Below are positions 53,932 through 64,000 of a stretch of 64,000 nt of DNA, piece after piece. The DNA is from Candidatus Pampinifervens sinense. GTDB taxonomy: Bacteria; Aquificota; Aquificia; Aquificales; Aquificaceae. Location: the NCBI GenBank assembly GCA_037927135.1, contig JAXSPP010000001.1:192001-256000 (forward strand), in the 5' to 3' direction. A program made the position numbers and the translations under genes. The notes under the pieces were generated by a model. That model ran no database searches, was not told the DNA's origin, and worked only from the letters and a program-made list of their open reading frames with translations. Within the stretch, counting starts at the first letter, position 1; each line of letters opens with the position of its first letter.

Positions 53932-56486
53932 TGAGGCCCTTTCATACCATAGCCATACCACACAAAGACATCCTTGAAGGAAGGCTTGAGCAGGATGTTT
54001 TTGCTGCAGACCTATACGAGGTAAGTCAAGGTAGGGGCCCAGAAGAGTATAAGGACCCAGACATCTTTTTCCAAAGGACCTACCTTACGGAGGGACTAAG
54101 GAACCTTTTGAGCATGGTGGAGAGAAGATTAAAAGGCGAAGGCGGGGACCATATTATTCAGATTCAAACACCCTTTGGAGGTGGAAAAACCCACAGCCTT
54201 ATAGCCCTCTATCACAAGGCAAGGGAATGGAAAGCCAAGCCTGTGGTAATAGTAGGAACTGTTTTGGGACCGCGGGATACTCTGTGGGGAGCCTTGGAAA
54301 GGGGACTAACGGGTCAAAACACAAGGCTTACTGGCTATACTTCACCGGGTAGAGAGGCCATAAGGGAACTTCTCTTAAGCCATGAGCCTGTGCTTATTCT
54401 TATGGATGAAGTGCTTGAGTATGCGGTAAAGGCTGCCGGTCAAAGGGTGGGTGATAGCACCCTTTACGCCCAAAGCCTTGCCTTTATGCAGGAGCTTACA
54501 GAAGCGGTAAAAACCTTGGATAAAGTTTGTCTTGTGATAACTCTTCCATCCAGCCTTTTGGAACACTACGATGAGAACGCAGAAAGGTTTTATAATCAAC
54601 TTCAGAAGGTAATAGGAAGGGTAGAAAAGGTATATACACCAGTGCAAGAAGGAGAAATAGCCAAGGTTATAAAAAGGAGGCTTTTTAGCCATATTGACGA
54701 AGAGGAAGCTAAGAAGATAGTTCAGATGTTTGTGGATTATGCCCAAAAGGAAAATATACTTCCCGCGGGTATGGAGCCAAGCGAATACAGAGACAAATTT
54801 CTTGATTCCTATCCTTTTATGCCAGAGGTTTTGGATGTTCTATATCATCGTTGGGGGAGCATTCATACCTTTCAAAGAACGAGGGGTGTCTTAAGGCTTT
54901 TGTCCTTGGTCGTATATTCTTTAAAAGACAAAAACATACCCTATATCAGCCTTGCGGATTTTGACCTTTCAAACCAAGAGCTACGCCAAGAGCTTATAAA
55001 ACACATAGGAAATGAGTATAACAGCATATTGGACCAAGATATTACTGGCCATTCTGCTGGTGCCAAAAGGGTGGATAGGTCCTTGGGGAATGCCTATCAA
55101 GGTTTGAAGCTTGGAACAAGGTCTGCAAGGGTTATATTCCTTTATTCCTTTTCCAGTGGTCAGTCAAAGGGTGCTACCTTGGGAGAGATAAAAAGGTCTG
55201 CCACCACAATGAACAACCCAGCCAGCGCCGTGGTAGAAGCGGTAGAACAGCTAAAAAATAACCTCTTCTATTTACAAGCTACGGAGGATAGATACTTCTT
55301 TTCCAACATTCCTAACCTAAACAGAATATTGCTTACCAAAATGGAGAATGTAAAGGATGAGGATATAGAAAAGCTGGAAAGCGAACTGCTAAGAGGTAGA
55401 TTAAAGGGAGAAAAGCTAAAGGTATATATTTGGGTGGAGAACTCTGTCAATATTCCGGATACAGAAGACCTAAAGCTTGTAGTTTTGAGGAAAGATGATA
55501 GAAGTTTGATTGACAGTATATTAAAGAACAAGGGGTCCTCTCCGCGCATAAACAGGAATACTCTGTTCTTCCTTGTGCCTATGGAGGGGGAGAGAAATAA
55601 CTTTGAGAGAGAGGCAAGAAAAAGGATAGCTTATCAATCTATTGAAAAGGACAAGAGCCTAAACCTAAGGGAAGAACAGAAAAAGGATTTAAAGGACAAA
55701 CTAAGTAAAACGGAGGAAGTTCTTAAGGAGCTTATAAGGAAGTTATACAGGATGGTCCTTATACCCTCTAAGGATGGGGTCAAAGAGCTGGACCTTGGAG
55801 TGCCAACTTATGGGGACTCAAGGGGTATTGATGAGGAGATATATGATGCGCTAAAGACGGAAAATGAAATCATTGAAAGGCTTGACCCTTTGGTGATAAG
55901 GGAAAAGTATCTTAGGGATAATGATTTCCTTTATACGGGTAAGCTTTATGAGGCTTTCCTTAGGACGCCGGGAGAGCCAAGGCCTGTAGATAAAGAGGTT
56001 ATAGAAAGGTCCATATCTGAGGGAGTGGCCAAGGGGCTGTTTGGGCTTGGAGAGATGCTTGAGGATGGAAGGGTGGAATGCAGGTATTTTAAAGAGAGTG
56101 CGTCAGTCTATTTTTCTGAAAGAGAGGTTATTGTAAGGGCAGAGCTTTGTAAAAAGGAAGAGGAGGAAGGGGAGATAGGTTGTAGAATACCAGTAGGATC
56201 GCCGGATGTAAAAATAGATAATAAACCAGTAGAAACTATAAAACAGCCTGTAGGTAGTGCATTACTTGAAAAAAAAGCTATAAGTGGGCTTTCTTTGAGC
56301 TTTGTAATTCCAAGGGGTAAGTTGTCGGATGTGATGGGTGTGTTGAGGCTTTTAAGCGAGAGGTTTCAAAGGATTGAGTTTGAGCTTAGGGCGGTTGAGG
56401 GAGAAATATCTGAGAATGAGATAGAGGAAAGGATAAAAGAGGCCTTTAACCAGATGAAGATTGAGGTTAATATCACTCCACACTAA
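53931..56486 (+). CDS. DUF499 AAA+ ATPase
   Basis: FAADL, QTPFGGGKTHSL (Walker A), ILMDE (Walker B), SYPFMPE and FQRTRGVLRLL. Confidence 0.9.
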   Translation: MRPFHTIAIPHKDILEGRLEQDVFAADLYEVSQGRGPEEYKDPDIFFQRTYLTEGLRNLLSMVERRLKGEGGDHIIQIQTPFGGGKTHSLIALYHKAREWKAKPVVIVGTVLGPRDTLWGALERGLTGQNTRLTGYTSPGREAIRELLLSHEPVLILMDEVLEYAVKAAGQRVGDSTLYAQSLAFMQELTEAVKTLDKVCLVITLPSSLLEHYDENAERFYNQLQKVIGRVEKVYTPVQEGEIAKVIKRRLFSHIDEEEAKKIVQMFVDYAQKENILPAGMEPSEYRDKFLDSYPFMPEVLDVLYHRWGSIHTFQRTRGVLRLLSLVVYSLKDKNIPYISLADFDLSNQELRQELIKHIGNEYNSILDQDITGHSAGAKRVDRSLGNAYQGLKLGTRSARVIFLYSFSSGQSKGATLGEIKRSATTMNNPASAVVEAVEQLKNNLFYLQATEDRYFFSNIPNLNRILLTKMENVKDEDIEKLESELLRGRLKGEKLKVYIWVENSVNIPDTEDLKLVVLRKDDRSLIDSILKNKGSSPRINRNTLFFLVPMEGERNNFEREARKRIAYQSIEKDKSLNLREEQKKDLKDKLSKTEEVLKELIRKLYRMVLIPSKDGVKELDLGVPTYGDSRGIDEEIYDALKTENEIIERLDPLVIREKYLRDNDFLYTGKLYEAFLRTPGEPRPVDKEVIERSISEGVAKGLFGLGEMLEDGRVECRYFKESASVYFSEREVIVRAELCKKEEEEGEIGCRIPVGSPDVKIDNKPVETIKQPVGSALLEKKAISGLSLSFVIPRGKLSDVMGVLRLLSERFQRIEFELRAVEGEISENEIEERIKEAFNQMKIEVNITPH

Positions 56487-56961
56487 ACTTTACAGGCCTT
56501 CCCTCTTGGTCTCTTATCTCAAAAAGTAGGCCACAGCCTTCCCTATCTTCTCCCACCCTGCCTAAGGGCTGGCTTTTCTTTACCCACTCACCCCTTTTTA
56601 CCAATAGGCTACCAGCCTTTGCATAAACGTAGACAAATCTTTCATCGCTTTCTACCATAACCACCCAGCCGTAGTTTTTAATATCGTTTCCCGCATACAG
56701 AACTTTGCCCTCGCCCACGGACCTAAAATACTCTCCGCAGGCTGTGTTTATATAGTAGCCCCTATCTGTGGGCATAGCCTTTCCCTTTACTGGCAAAGGA
56801 ACCTTAAGGGCTTCCGCTGGTGGCTGATAGGTTCTCTGTGGAGCTTCCACCCTTCTTTGTGGCCTTTGCACCTCCCTTTTTGGCGTTTTGTCCCTTATCT
56901 CTATATGCACTATGCCACAGCCACTAAGGAATATAAGAGATAGGGCTATCAAAGGCTTCAT
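56473..56961 (-). CDS. Lipoprotein with degenerate M23 (NlpD-like) domain
   Basis: Lipobox LSGC; GKVLYAG, YG-x-[11 protein letters not shown] and LLFEIR; no catalytic His motifs. Confidence 0.78.
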   Translation of the reverse strand: MKPLIALSLIFLSGCGIVHIEIRDKTPKREVQRPQRRVEAPQRTYQPPAEALKVPLPVKGKAMPTDRGYYINTACGEYFRSVGEGKVLYAGNDIKNYGWVVMVESDERFVYVYAKAGSLLVKRGEWVKKSQPLGRVGEDREGCGLLFEIRDQEGRPVKFSVE

Positions 56962-58447
56962 TTTCAATAAGATTATAAGCCTCTGGAATAGCTTCCACAA
57001 GGTCAAGGGCCCTTAGGCTCTCCTTGTGCCTTTTCCTTTCCGCTATCTCTCCAGCCAAGCCGTGTAAAAAGACTCCAAGCCGTAGGGCCTCTTCCGTTGG
57101 CATGCCCCTGCCAAGGAGGGCCACAAGGATGCCAGATAACACATCTCCCACTCCCCCCTTTGCCATGGCTGGTGTGCCTCTGATGGAAAGGTAGGCCCTT
57201 CCCTCCGGTGTGGCTATGACGGTCCTTGAAGACTTTAGCACAAGGTAGCATCCGTATTTTACCGCAAAGTCTTGGGCCACATCTATTAGGTTTTCCACTA
57301 TGTAATCCTTCCTTAGCCCGCTTAGCCTTTCAAACTCTCCCACATGGGGCGTCAAAACAGTGATGCCCTTCCTCTCTTTTAGCACTTCCACGCCAAGGTC
57401 CGCAAGGTTGTTAAGGCCATCTGCGTCTATAAGAAGGGGCCTCTCAAGGCCAAGCAAAAGCTCTCTTATGATAAGCCTTCCCTCTTGGTATCTGTCCATG
57501 CCCATGCCAACGGCCACGGCGGAAAACCTGCTTTGGATTTCAAGCACCTCTTTTACAGCCTCCACCGAAAGCCTTCCCTTGCCCCCTAATGGTATGCTCA
57601 TCTCCTCCACAAGGCTTGATTCAAAGATGGAGTTTAAATCTTCTGGGATGCCAACGCTTACAAGCCCAGCACCTGTCCTTGTGGAGGCCCTTGCGCTCAT
57701 GATCACCGCCCCAGTCTTTCCAGTGCTTCCCCCAATTATAAGCACATGGCCCATAAGGCCCTTATGCACGTCTGGTTCCCTTTTGGGTGGGTTTGTCTTC
57801 AAAAGCACTTCCCTCTTTATCTCCTGCGCAAGCCATGTGGGTATGCCTATGTTTGCCACATAAAGCCTTCCACACCTTTTGGCAGAAGGATATAGAAGGT
57901 GGCACACCTTAGGAAATTGGAAGGTAACGGTTATGTCTGCCTTTACAGAAGGCTCGTATTCCTTTGCGCTGTCTGCGGAGAGGCCAGAGGGTATGTCTAC
58001 GGAGACCACGGGAAGGTGAGAGTTGTTTATAAGTTCAATCCATCTGAGGGCCTCTCCCCTCACGGGTGGTTCAAAGCCTGTGCCAAAGAGGGCATCCACC
58101 ACAAGGTCAAAGTCTTTAAAATCCACCTCTCTTAGAGGCTCAAGACCAAGGCTTTTTAGGATTTTTAGCTGTAGGCCTGCATCTCCCTTTAAATCCTCTC
58201 CCAGGGCAAGCACATAGCCCACCTTGTAGCCCAAAAGGTATAAGTGCCTTGCCACCACAAGTCCATCTCCGCCGTTGTTGCCCTTGCCTGCCACCACAAG
58301 TACCCTTTTTACATGCGGAAACTCACGCCTTATGGCTTCAACTACTGAGAGGCCAGCCTTTTCCATAAGCAAAATAGAAGGCACACCAAGGCCCTCTATG
58401 GTCCTTTGGTCCAAAAGTTGCATCTCTTTGGCCTTTAGGACCTTCAT
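56924..58447 (-). CDS. nnr: Bifunctional NAD(P)H-hydrate repair enzyme
   Basis: [32 protein letters not shown] and GGVGDVLSG. Confidence 0.93.
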   Translation of the reverse strand: MKVLKAKEMQLLDQRTIEGLGVPSILLMEKAGLSVVEAIRREFPHVKRVLVVAGKGNNGGDGLVVARHLYLLGYKVGYVLALGEDLKGDAGLQLKILKSLGLEPLREVDFKDFDLVVDALFGTGFEPPVRGEALRWIELINNSHLPVVSVDIPSGLSADSAKEYEPSVKADITVTFQFPKVCHLLYPSAKRCGRLYVANIGIPTWLAQEIKREVLLKTNPPKREPDVHKGLMGHVLIIGGSTGKTGAVIMSARASTRTGAGLVSVGIPEDLNSIFESSLVEEMSIPLGGKGRLSVEAVKEVLEIQSRFSAVAVGMGMDRYQEGRLIIRELLLGLERPLLIDADGLNNLADLGVEVLKERKGITVLTPHVGEFERLSGLRKDYIVENLIDVAQDFAVKYGCYLVLKSSRTVIATPEGRAYLSIRGTPAMAKGGVGDVLSGILVALLGRGMPTEEALRLGVFLHGLAGEIAERKRHKESLRALDLVEAIPEAYNLIENEAFDSPISYIP

Positions 58448-60504
58448 CAGACCTTTATTGGCAGTCTGTTTACCTTTATGCCGTAGGCCCAAAGCAAGGC
58501 GTTGGCTACCGCCGGTGCTATGGGTGGGAGTCCCGGCTCTCCCACTCCACCCATCTCACGCTTAGAGTTGAGTATATACACCTCCACCTTGGGGGCCTCA
58601 TCCATCCTCAGTATTTCATACCCGCTGAAGTTGGTGTTTGCCACACCACCACCTTTAAAGCTTACTCCCTCCTTCAAGGCCATGCTGAGGCCCATCATTA
58701 TGGCACCTTCCACTTGAGATTTAATCAGGTCCGGATGGACCGTTATGGGACCCACATCTATTACAGCCACCACCCTATGGACCCTTACCTTTCCCTTTTC
58801 AAGGGACACCTCCGCCACATGGCAGGCATGACTTCCGAAAGAGTAGTGGTAGGCTATGCCAAGGTTTCTTTTCTTGCCCCAGCCCGACTTTTCCATGGCA
58901 GTTTGGACCACCCTGTAGGCCACAGGGTTATGCTTCAAAAGCCTTAGCCTAAGCTCTGCAGGGTCCTGTCTTGTCTGGTAGGCTATACGGTCAATCATGG
59001 TTTCAAGGCTAAAGGCGTTATGGGTGGAGCCCACAGACCTCCAAAACCAAACGCTCACCGGAAGCTCCACATCCACCCTTTCCACATATAGGTTTGGTAT
59101 CTGATAGGGTGTGTTTGCCACACCTTCCACAGAGGCCCTGCCACCAAGCAAGGGTTGGACCGCTATCTTAAAGATCAAGGAGTTCAAGTTTCCGTCTTTG
59201 TCCGCCGAGGCCTTAATGTGGGTTATGCTGTAGGGCCTAAAGTAGCCAGACCTTATATCGTCCTCCCTTGTGTATATGAGCTTTACTGGCCTTTTTAGCC
59301 TTTTGGATATCTCAAGGGCTTCCGCCACAAACTCCACGTTTGCCTTCCTCCCAAAGCCACCACCCAAGTATGTGGTCATTATCTTTATCTTGCTCTCTGG
59401 AAGCCCGCTTATCCTCTTGGCAGTCTCTAAAGCCCATGTCTGGGACTGAATGGGTGCATAGACTATGCATTCATCCTCCTTCACCCAGGCAAGGCAGGCC
59501 ATAGGCTCCATGGTAGCATGGTATAGGTAGGGCTGTATGTAGGTCTCCTCCACCTTTATGGGTGATTCTTCAAAGACCTTTTGCGGGCTTCCCTTTACCC
59601 TTACCACTTCCCCCCTATCCTTTAGCTTTTGCAAAAAGTATCTTTCAAAGTCCCTGTCTTCCCAGCCCTTTACAAAGCTCTCGCTCCACTCTACTTTTAG
59701 GCTCTGCCTTGCCTTCTGGCATGCCCAAAAGGACTCTCCGCATATTGCTACGCCTGTGGAAATAGGGAATATATCTACCACCTCCGGCAGTCTCCTTGCA
59801 GATGTGGCATCTACCTTCAAAGGTCTTGCGCCAAAGTAGGGAGGCCTTTCCACTACCGCATAGACCATGCCCTCCAAAAAGCTGTCTATGCCGAATATAG
59901 CACTCCCTTCCACCTTCTCTGGCACATCAACCCTTGGTACAGATTTACCTATGTATATAAACTCCTCAGGTGTCTTTAGCCTTGGCTTGGGTGGTATGGG
60001 TTCTTTTATGGCAAGGTCCACAAAGTCCCCGTAAGGGTAGCTTTTTCCCTCCACCATTATAAAGCCATTTTTTGCATTTATCTTTTCCCTTGGCACTTTT
60101 AGGCTTTTGCTGGCAGAGGTTATTATCATCTCCCTCATGCTTGCGCCCGCAAGCCTTAGCACCTCATACATGTTCCTCACGCTTGTGCTTCCACCAGTTA
60201 GCTGTATGCCCATCTTTGGGTCCACATAGGCCCTTCCCGCCGGCGCAGGCCTAACTCTTACCCTCTCCCAAGGAAAGTCCAGCTCTTCTGCCACAAGCAT
60301 GGCAAGGCCTGTATAAACACCCTGCCCCATCTCAGACTTGTTTACAAAGACTGTAAGGTAGTTGTCCCTTGATATGTTTACCCATAGGTTGGGTGCATAC
60401 CTTCTGGGAAGCTCCTGTGCCTTTAAAACCTTGTATCCTTCCGGAGTTAGCATTACACAAAGGGTCAAGCCACCAGCCTTTATAAGGTCTCTCCTTGTAA
60501 TCAT
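58447..60504 (-). CDS. Molybdopterin-binding subunit, isoquinoline 1-oxidoreductase beta (IorB) family, Tat signal
   Basis: TRRDLIK, KSEMGQG, TGGSTS, HATMEP, GGGFGR, WRSV and GGVGEPG. Confidence 0.88.
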   Translation of the reverse strand: MITRRDLIKAGGLTLCVMLTPEGYKVLKAQELPRRYAPNLWVNISRDNYLTVFVNKSEMGQGVYTGLAMLVAEELDFPWERVRVRPAPAGRAYVDPKMGIQLTGGSTSVRNMYEVLRLAGASMREMIITSASKSLKVPREKINAKNGFIMVEGKSYPYGDFVDLAIKEPIPPKPRLKTPEEFIYIGKSVPRVDVPEKVEGSAIFGIDSFLEGMVYAVVERPPYFGARPLKVDATSARRLPEVVDIFPISTGVAICGESFWACQKARQSLKVEWSESFVKGWEDRDFERYFLQKLKDRGEVVRVKGSPQKVFEESPIKVEETYIQPYLYHATMEPMACLAWVKEDECIVYAPIQSQTWALETAKRISGLPESKIKIMTTYLGGGFGRKANVEFVAEALEISKRLKRPVKLIYTREDDIRSGYFRPYSITHIKASADKDGNLNSLIFKIAVQPLLGGRASVEGVANTPYQIPNLYVERVDVELPVSVWFWRSVGSTHNAFSLETMIDRIAYQTRQDPAELRLRLLKHNPVAYRVVQTAMEKSGWGKKRNLGIAYHYSFGSHACHVAEVSLEKGKVRVHRVVAVIDVGPITVHPDLIKSQVEGAIMMGLSMALKEGVSFKGGGVANTNFSGYEILRMDEAPKVEVYILNSKREMGGVGEPGLPPIAPAVANALLWAYGIKVNRLPIKV

Positions 60505-60962
60505 GCCTTACCTCCCCTTATTGCCCTTTCTACCGCGCTTATTATCCTGTTGTAGGTCCCGCACCTACAGATATGGGATGAGAGCCTTTGGACTATCTGG
60601 TCCCTTGTGGGTCTTGGGTTTTCAAGAAGCAAAGCATAAGCCTCCATTATCTGTCCTGGCTGGCAGTAGCCACATTGGGGCACCTGAAGCTCTATCCAAG
60701 CCCGTTTTAGAGGGTGGTTTGAGGGAATGCCCTCTATGGTTATTATCTCCTTTCCTACAGCGGAAGACACTGGCACAAGGCAGGACCTTTGGGCCCTTTT
60801 GTCTATAAGCACAGTACAGGCACCGCACAGGCCCATGCCACAGCCAAACTTGGTGCCTGTAAGCCTTAGCCTCTCCCTTATGACCCAAAGAAGAGGCTCA
60901 TCCTCGTAGGCTTTCACTTTGTATAGCTTGCCGTTTATCTTTAGCTCAAAATTCTTCACCAT
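60501..60962 (-). CDS. (2Fe-2S) subunit, IorA family
   Basis: GTKFGCGMGLCGAC, QCGYCQPGQ and CRCGTY. Confidence 0.92.
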   Translation of the reverse strand: MVKNFELKINGKLYKVKAYEDEPLLWVIRERLRLTGTKFGCGMGLCGACTVLIDKRAQRSCLVPVSSAVGKEIITIEGIPSNHPLKRAWIELQVPQCGYCQPGQIMEAYALLLENPRPTRDQIVQRLSSHICRCGTYNRIISAVERAIRGGKA

Positions 60963-61513
60963 GGAAACTTACCCCCAAAGCTTCTTATATGTTCTATAAG
61001 CTCCTTCCTTCCATCGTGAAGGACTGCCACATACTGGGCAAGCCTCTCACCAAGCCTCATACAGGCTTCCTTTTCTTCCTCCGTCCTTGGCTCTCCAGCC
61101 ACCACAGCCCCATAATGCAAGGTGAACTTTTTCCCCACATAGTCTGTGAGGCCAAAGACCAAAAAACCGTAGTTTATGAGCATATATAGGACAGAAAGAC
61201 AGGCCACTTCATTGCCACCGCCCCAACCGCCGGAGGAGGAGAAGGCACAGCCTATCTTGCCGTCAATGGTGCCCCAAAGGTCTCCCATCACATCATCAAA
61301 GAACCTCTTTAGCCTCCAAGAGACTATGCCCATATGGGTTGGCGTGCCTACCGCAAGACCATGGCACCAAAGGATATCTTCCTTTGTGGCCTCCTCCACA
61401 TACTTTAGTCTTACTTCTGTACCTTCCACCCTTCTTGCCCCCTCTGCTACAAGCTCGGCCATCCTTTTTGTATTCCCAGTTCTGCTATCGTAGATAATTA
61501 GTACGTTGCCCAT
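60956..61513 (-). CDS. Flavodoxin/WrbA-like protein
   Basis: YDSRTGNT, GTPTHMG and FSSSGGWGGG. Start after AAGGAGG. Confidence 0.85.
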   Translation of the reverse strand: MGNVLIIYDSRTGNTKRMAELVAEGARRVEGTEVRLKYVEEATKEDILWCHGLAVGTPTHMGIVSWRLKRFFDDVMGDLWGTIDGKIGCAFSSSGGWGGGNEVACLSVLYMLINYGFLVFGLTDYVGKKFTLHYGAVVAGEPRTEEEKEACMRLGERLAQYVAVLHDGRKELIEHIRSFGGKFPW

Positions 61514-61547
61514 CCTTTCCCTCCTTTGCCTTATAATTTTAATCAAA

Positions 61548-61619
61548 GGGGACGTAGCTCAGTGGGAGAGCGCCTGCATCGCAAGCAGGAGGTCGGGGGT
61601 TCAAATCCCCTCGTCTCCA
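61548..61619 (+). tRNA. tRNA-Ala (anticodon CGC), CCA not encoded
   Basis: Cloverleaf with acceptor GGGGACG/CGTCTCC carrying G3:U70, anticodon arm CCTGC-ATCGCAA-GCAGG and T loop TTCAAAT. Confidence 0.96.
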
Positions 61620-61620
61620 C

Positions 61621-62634
61621 TTATAAACACATGTAATAGGACCCACTCCTGAATATCTTCCCATCCATCTCAAGCTGTAAAAGCCTTGCAGATAGCTCGG
61701 AGGGTGAAAGCCTTGTAATCTCCAATAGCTCATCAAAGGTTTTAGGTGTTGTCAAGAGGTCAATTAAAGGGTCGTCAAAGGATGAAGAGGAGGGGAGGTC
61801 TTCAAAGAGAAGGGCTGGGCTATACAGAACCTTAGCCTTCCCTTCATTGACAAGCTTTATACATCCAATCCACCTCTGACTTAAGACGTTGCCTATGTAT
61901 ACCCACAGTGGCCTTCTCTGTCTTACAGCATAGTTGGCTGTTATCAAGGCTCCACTCTTTTCTCCTGCCTCTGCTACCACCAGCGCCTTTGAAATACCGC
62001 TTATAAGCCTGTTCCTCCTTGGGAAGGTGTATTCTTCAGGTGGTGTATCGGGTAAGAATTCGGAAAAGAAGAGTATATTGTCCCCCTCAAGCCTTTTAAG
62101 GTAGGGTGGCATCCTTAGTATGCCCATACCAAGAAAGCATACCGTATAACCACCACAGGCCAAACACTCCTTGTGGCTATAAAAATCACAGCCTATAGCA
62201 CCACCAGAACACACACCATACCCCCTTCTTACAACCTCTTTAACCAAGCCTCTTATAAAGCCTAAGCTTTGGCCGTCTGGCCTCCTTGTGCCCACCACAC
62301 CAATAAGCGGTATGCTTCTGATATTACCCCTGTAGAAGAGTACAGGGGGTGGGTCTTCTATCTCCTTAAGGGAGGAGGGATATTCCTCGTCCTCTAAGGT
62401 AAGCCAGCCTATCTCCTCCCTTTCCACCACCTTTATGACCTCTTCAGGGTCAAAGGTAAGCTCCTTCCTCTCTATGGCCTTTGCCTTTTCTTCACCTACC
62501 ACCACCCTTAGATCTTCGTAGGTTGCAGAAAGTATTTCCTGCGCTGATCCAAAGTAAAGCCAAAGCTTTTTTATTGATACCTCCCCAAGCCCCCTTATGG
62601 CCTTCAAAAAAAGCCAACTATAAAGCCTCTGCAT
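61621..62634 (-). CDS. dprA: DNA-processing protein DprA
   Basis: YPSSLKEIEDPPPVLFYRG, VVGTR, FPRRNRLISG and EAGEKSGALITA. Confidence 0.93.
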   Translation of the reverse strand: MQRLYSWLFLKAIRGLGEVSIKKLWLYFGSAQEILSATYEDLRVVVGEEKAKAIERKELTFDPEEVIKVVEREEIGWLTLEDEEYPSSLKEIEDPPPVLFYRGNIRSIPLIGVVGTRRPDGQSLGFIRGLVKEVVRRGYGVCSGGAIGCDFYSHKECLACGGYTVCFLGMGILRMPPYLKRLEGDNILFFSEFLPDTPPEEYTFPRRNRLISGISKALVVAEAGEKSGALITANYAVRQRRPLWVYIGNVLSQRWIGCIKLVNEGKAKVLYSPALLFEDLPSSSSFDDPLIDLLTTPKTFDELLEITRLSPSELSARLLQLEMDGKIFRSGSYYMCL

Positions 62635-63382
62635 CTATCCAACAGCCTAAAAGATGGCCAAAGCTGTCAAAAAAGGATCTTACAACCCACTCATCCTCTT
62701 GAATCTCCACACATAGCCTACCCTCTAGCCTCCCAACCCTCACACCCTCCTTTAGCCTCTCTGGCACCAAAGAAAACAGCTTCTGATTTATGGCATGGGA
62801 CACTCCCCAAACTTCGGAAAGGTCAAGCCTTTTTGTGCTCACTATGAGTTTGAAGCCATCTTCCGTAAGGAAGGCACCTAAGGCCAAAAGCCTATCTTTT
62901 ATATAATCCCCTATGCTACCTTCCGACAACACCTTCACACCAACCCCATCAAGGCCTTTGGCCCATTGGGATTTACCACCAGACTTTTCCAAAAGCCTTA
63001 CCTCCTCTATAACCATGCTATCATCCATCCCCTTACACATATCGTATATGGTAAGAAGGGCTACACTTACAGCGGTCAAGGCCTCCATCTCGTAGCCTGT
63101 CATGTTAACACCCTTTACGAAGGAGAAAACCTCTATAAAATCCTTTCCTACCTTCACTTCCAGCTCCACATGCTGAAAGCTTACAGGATGACAGAAGGGT
63201 AAAAGCTCAGAGGTCTTCTTTGAAGCCATAATACCCGCAAGCCTACAGGAGGAAAGCACATCACCCTTAGGCACCCTCCCTTCCCTTATTGCCCTAACCG
63301 TCTCCTCCTTTAGTCTTATCCTACCGTAGGCCTTTGCAGACCTTAACGTTTCTGGCTTTAGGCTGACGTCTATCGTCTTCAT
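62618..63382 (-). CDS. moaC: Cyclic pyranopterin monophosphate synthase MoaC with C-terminal extension
   Basis: KGDVL, LPFCHP, TGYEMEAL, IYDMCK and KSGGKS. Confidence 0.9.
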   Translation of the reverse strand: MKTIDVSLKPETLRSAKAYGRIRLKEETVRAIREGRVPKGDVLSSCRLAGIMASKKTSELLPFCHPVSFQHVELEVKVGKDFIEVFSFVKGVNMTGYEMEALTAVSVALLTIYDMCKGMDDSMVIEEVRLLEKSGGKSQWAKGLDGVGVKVLSEGSIGDYIKDRLLALGAFLTEDGFKLIVSTKRLDLSEVWGVSHAINQKLFSLVPERLKEGVRVGRLEGRLCVEIQEDEWVVRSFFDSFGHLLGCWIDAEAL

Positions 63383-64000
63383 TGTGAGAAGAGGAATTTA
63401 AGAAGGGCTTTTTGGGTGTGTAGCCTGTTCTCGGCCTGTGTGAATATAAAGTCCGCATGCGCCTCAAAGATATCCTCCGTTATCTCTTCCCCCTTTTTGG
63501 CAGGAAGGCAGTGCATGACTTTGACCTCGGGCCTTGCATGAGAAAGAAGGTTAGCATTTACCTGATAAGGCATTAAAGCCTGGATCTTTTCTTCATCTCT
63601 GTTTTGGTTCATGCTTACCCAGACATCCGTATACACCACATGGGCTTCCTTTACCGCCTCAATGGGGTTTGTGGTAAGGTATATGCTTCCGCCCGTTATC
63701 TTACAAAGGTCCTCCCCCGCCTGATAGTATAGACTGCTTGGCTCATAACCCTCAGGAGTGGCCACAAATAGGTTTAGGCCAAAGAGGCCTGCACCCACAA
63801 GCCAAGTGTTGCACACATTGTTCCCATCTCCCACATAAGCTATCTTTATGTTTCTTATATCTTCTCCAAAGACCTCATAAAGGGTAAAAACATCGCTCAG
63901 TATCTGACAGGGATGGGACATATCGGTAAGGGCGTTTATAACAGGAATGTCCGCATACTTGGCAAACTCCTCCAGCTTTTTATGAGAGTCTGTCCTTATG
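63379..64000 (-). CDS. argF: Ornithine carbamoyltransferase, 5' part outside the window
   Basis: HPCQILSD, YVGDGNNV, YTDVWVSM, HCLPA and QAENRLH. Confidence 0.95.
   Translation of the reverse strand, partial: IRTDSHKKLEEFAKYADIPVINALTDMSHPCQILSDVFTLYEVFGEDIRNIKIAYVGDGNNVCNTWLVGAGLFGLNLFVATPEGYEPSSLYYQAGEDLCKITGGSIYLTTNPIEAVKEAHVVYTDVWVSMNQNRDEEKIQALMPYQVNANLLSHARPEVKVMHCLPAKKGEEITEDIFEAHADFIFTQAENRLHTQKALLKFLFSQ

Larger units (their letters stand above)
47788..56486 (+). other. Restriction-like/BREX-related defence island (SNF2-DUF3883, split DUF1156 methyltransferase, DUF499 ATPase)
   Basis: Four overlapping plus-strand ORFs interrupting a minus-strand housekeeping run; the domain combination is typical of DUF499/DUF1156/SNF2 defence loci. 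Confidence 0.85.

Noticed and set aside
47747-56471. 7-bp inverted repeat ATTAACC / GGTTAAT near the island ends as transposon termini
   Set aside because: Too short and AT-rich to exceed chance; no transposase or target duplication.
56473-56961. Loss of catalytic residues in the M23 domain as a novelty
   Set aside because: Degenerate M23 domains are normal for NlpD/EnvC-type amidase activators.
61548-61619. tRNA-Ala as the integration site of the defence island
   Set aside because: It is 5 kb away, separated by housekeeping genes, and I saw no duplicated tRNA 3' end.

Overview
Gene-dense chromosomal segment, most likely from a thermophilic Aquificaceae bacterium (Thermocrinis/Hydrogenobacter-like; inferred from gene content and style, not from a database search). 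From left to right: a sigma54-driven arsenite oxidase operon (aioBA); purF, kdsA, uvrC and proB; a type IV pilus cluster (pilMNO, a small ORF, pilQ, two tandem pilins); icd; mreBCD-mrdA-murD; spoT; hydrogenase maturation genes (hypC, hypD, hypX); a ctaA-ctaB operon with a degenerate heme-copper oxidase subunit I homolog; obgE, apbE, glycosyltransferases, aspC, grpE, panE, lepA and yajC; an 8.7-kb restriction-like/BREX-related defence island (SNF2 helicase-DUF3883 nuclease, DUF1156 methyltransferase, DUF499 ATPase); then nnr, an IorAB-like molybdoenzyme, tRNA-Ala(CGC), dprA, moaC and a partial argF. The most interesting observations are: (1) the island methyltransferase is split into two translationally coupled genes at a 30-bp degenerate direct repeat whose collapse would restore a single in-frame protein; (2) an unannotated ~68-nt minus-strand sRNA candidate with its own promoter, a terminator-like hairpin and three anti-Shine-Dalgarno-like motifs between the pilins and icd; (3) a COX1-like protein lacking CuB ligands next to a heme A synthase with an apparent His-to-Asp change; (4) pervasive leaderless-type promoters. 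No CRISPR array, rRNA, integrase or transposase was seen. All family assignments come from motif recognition by eye.
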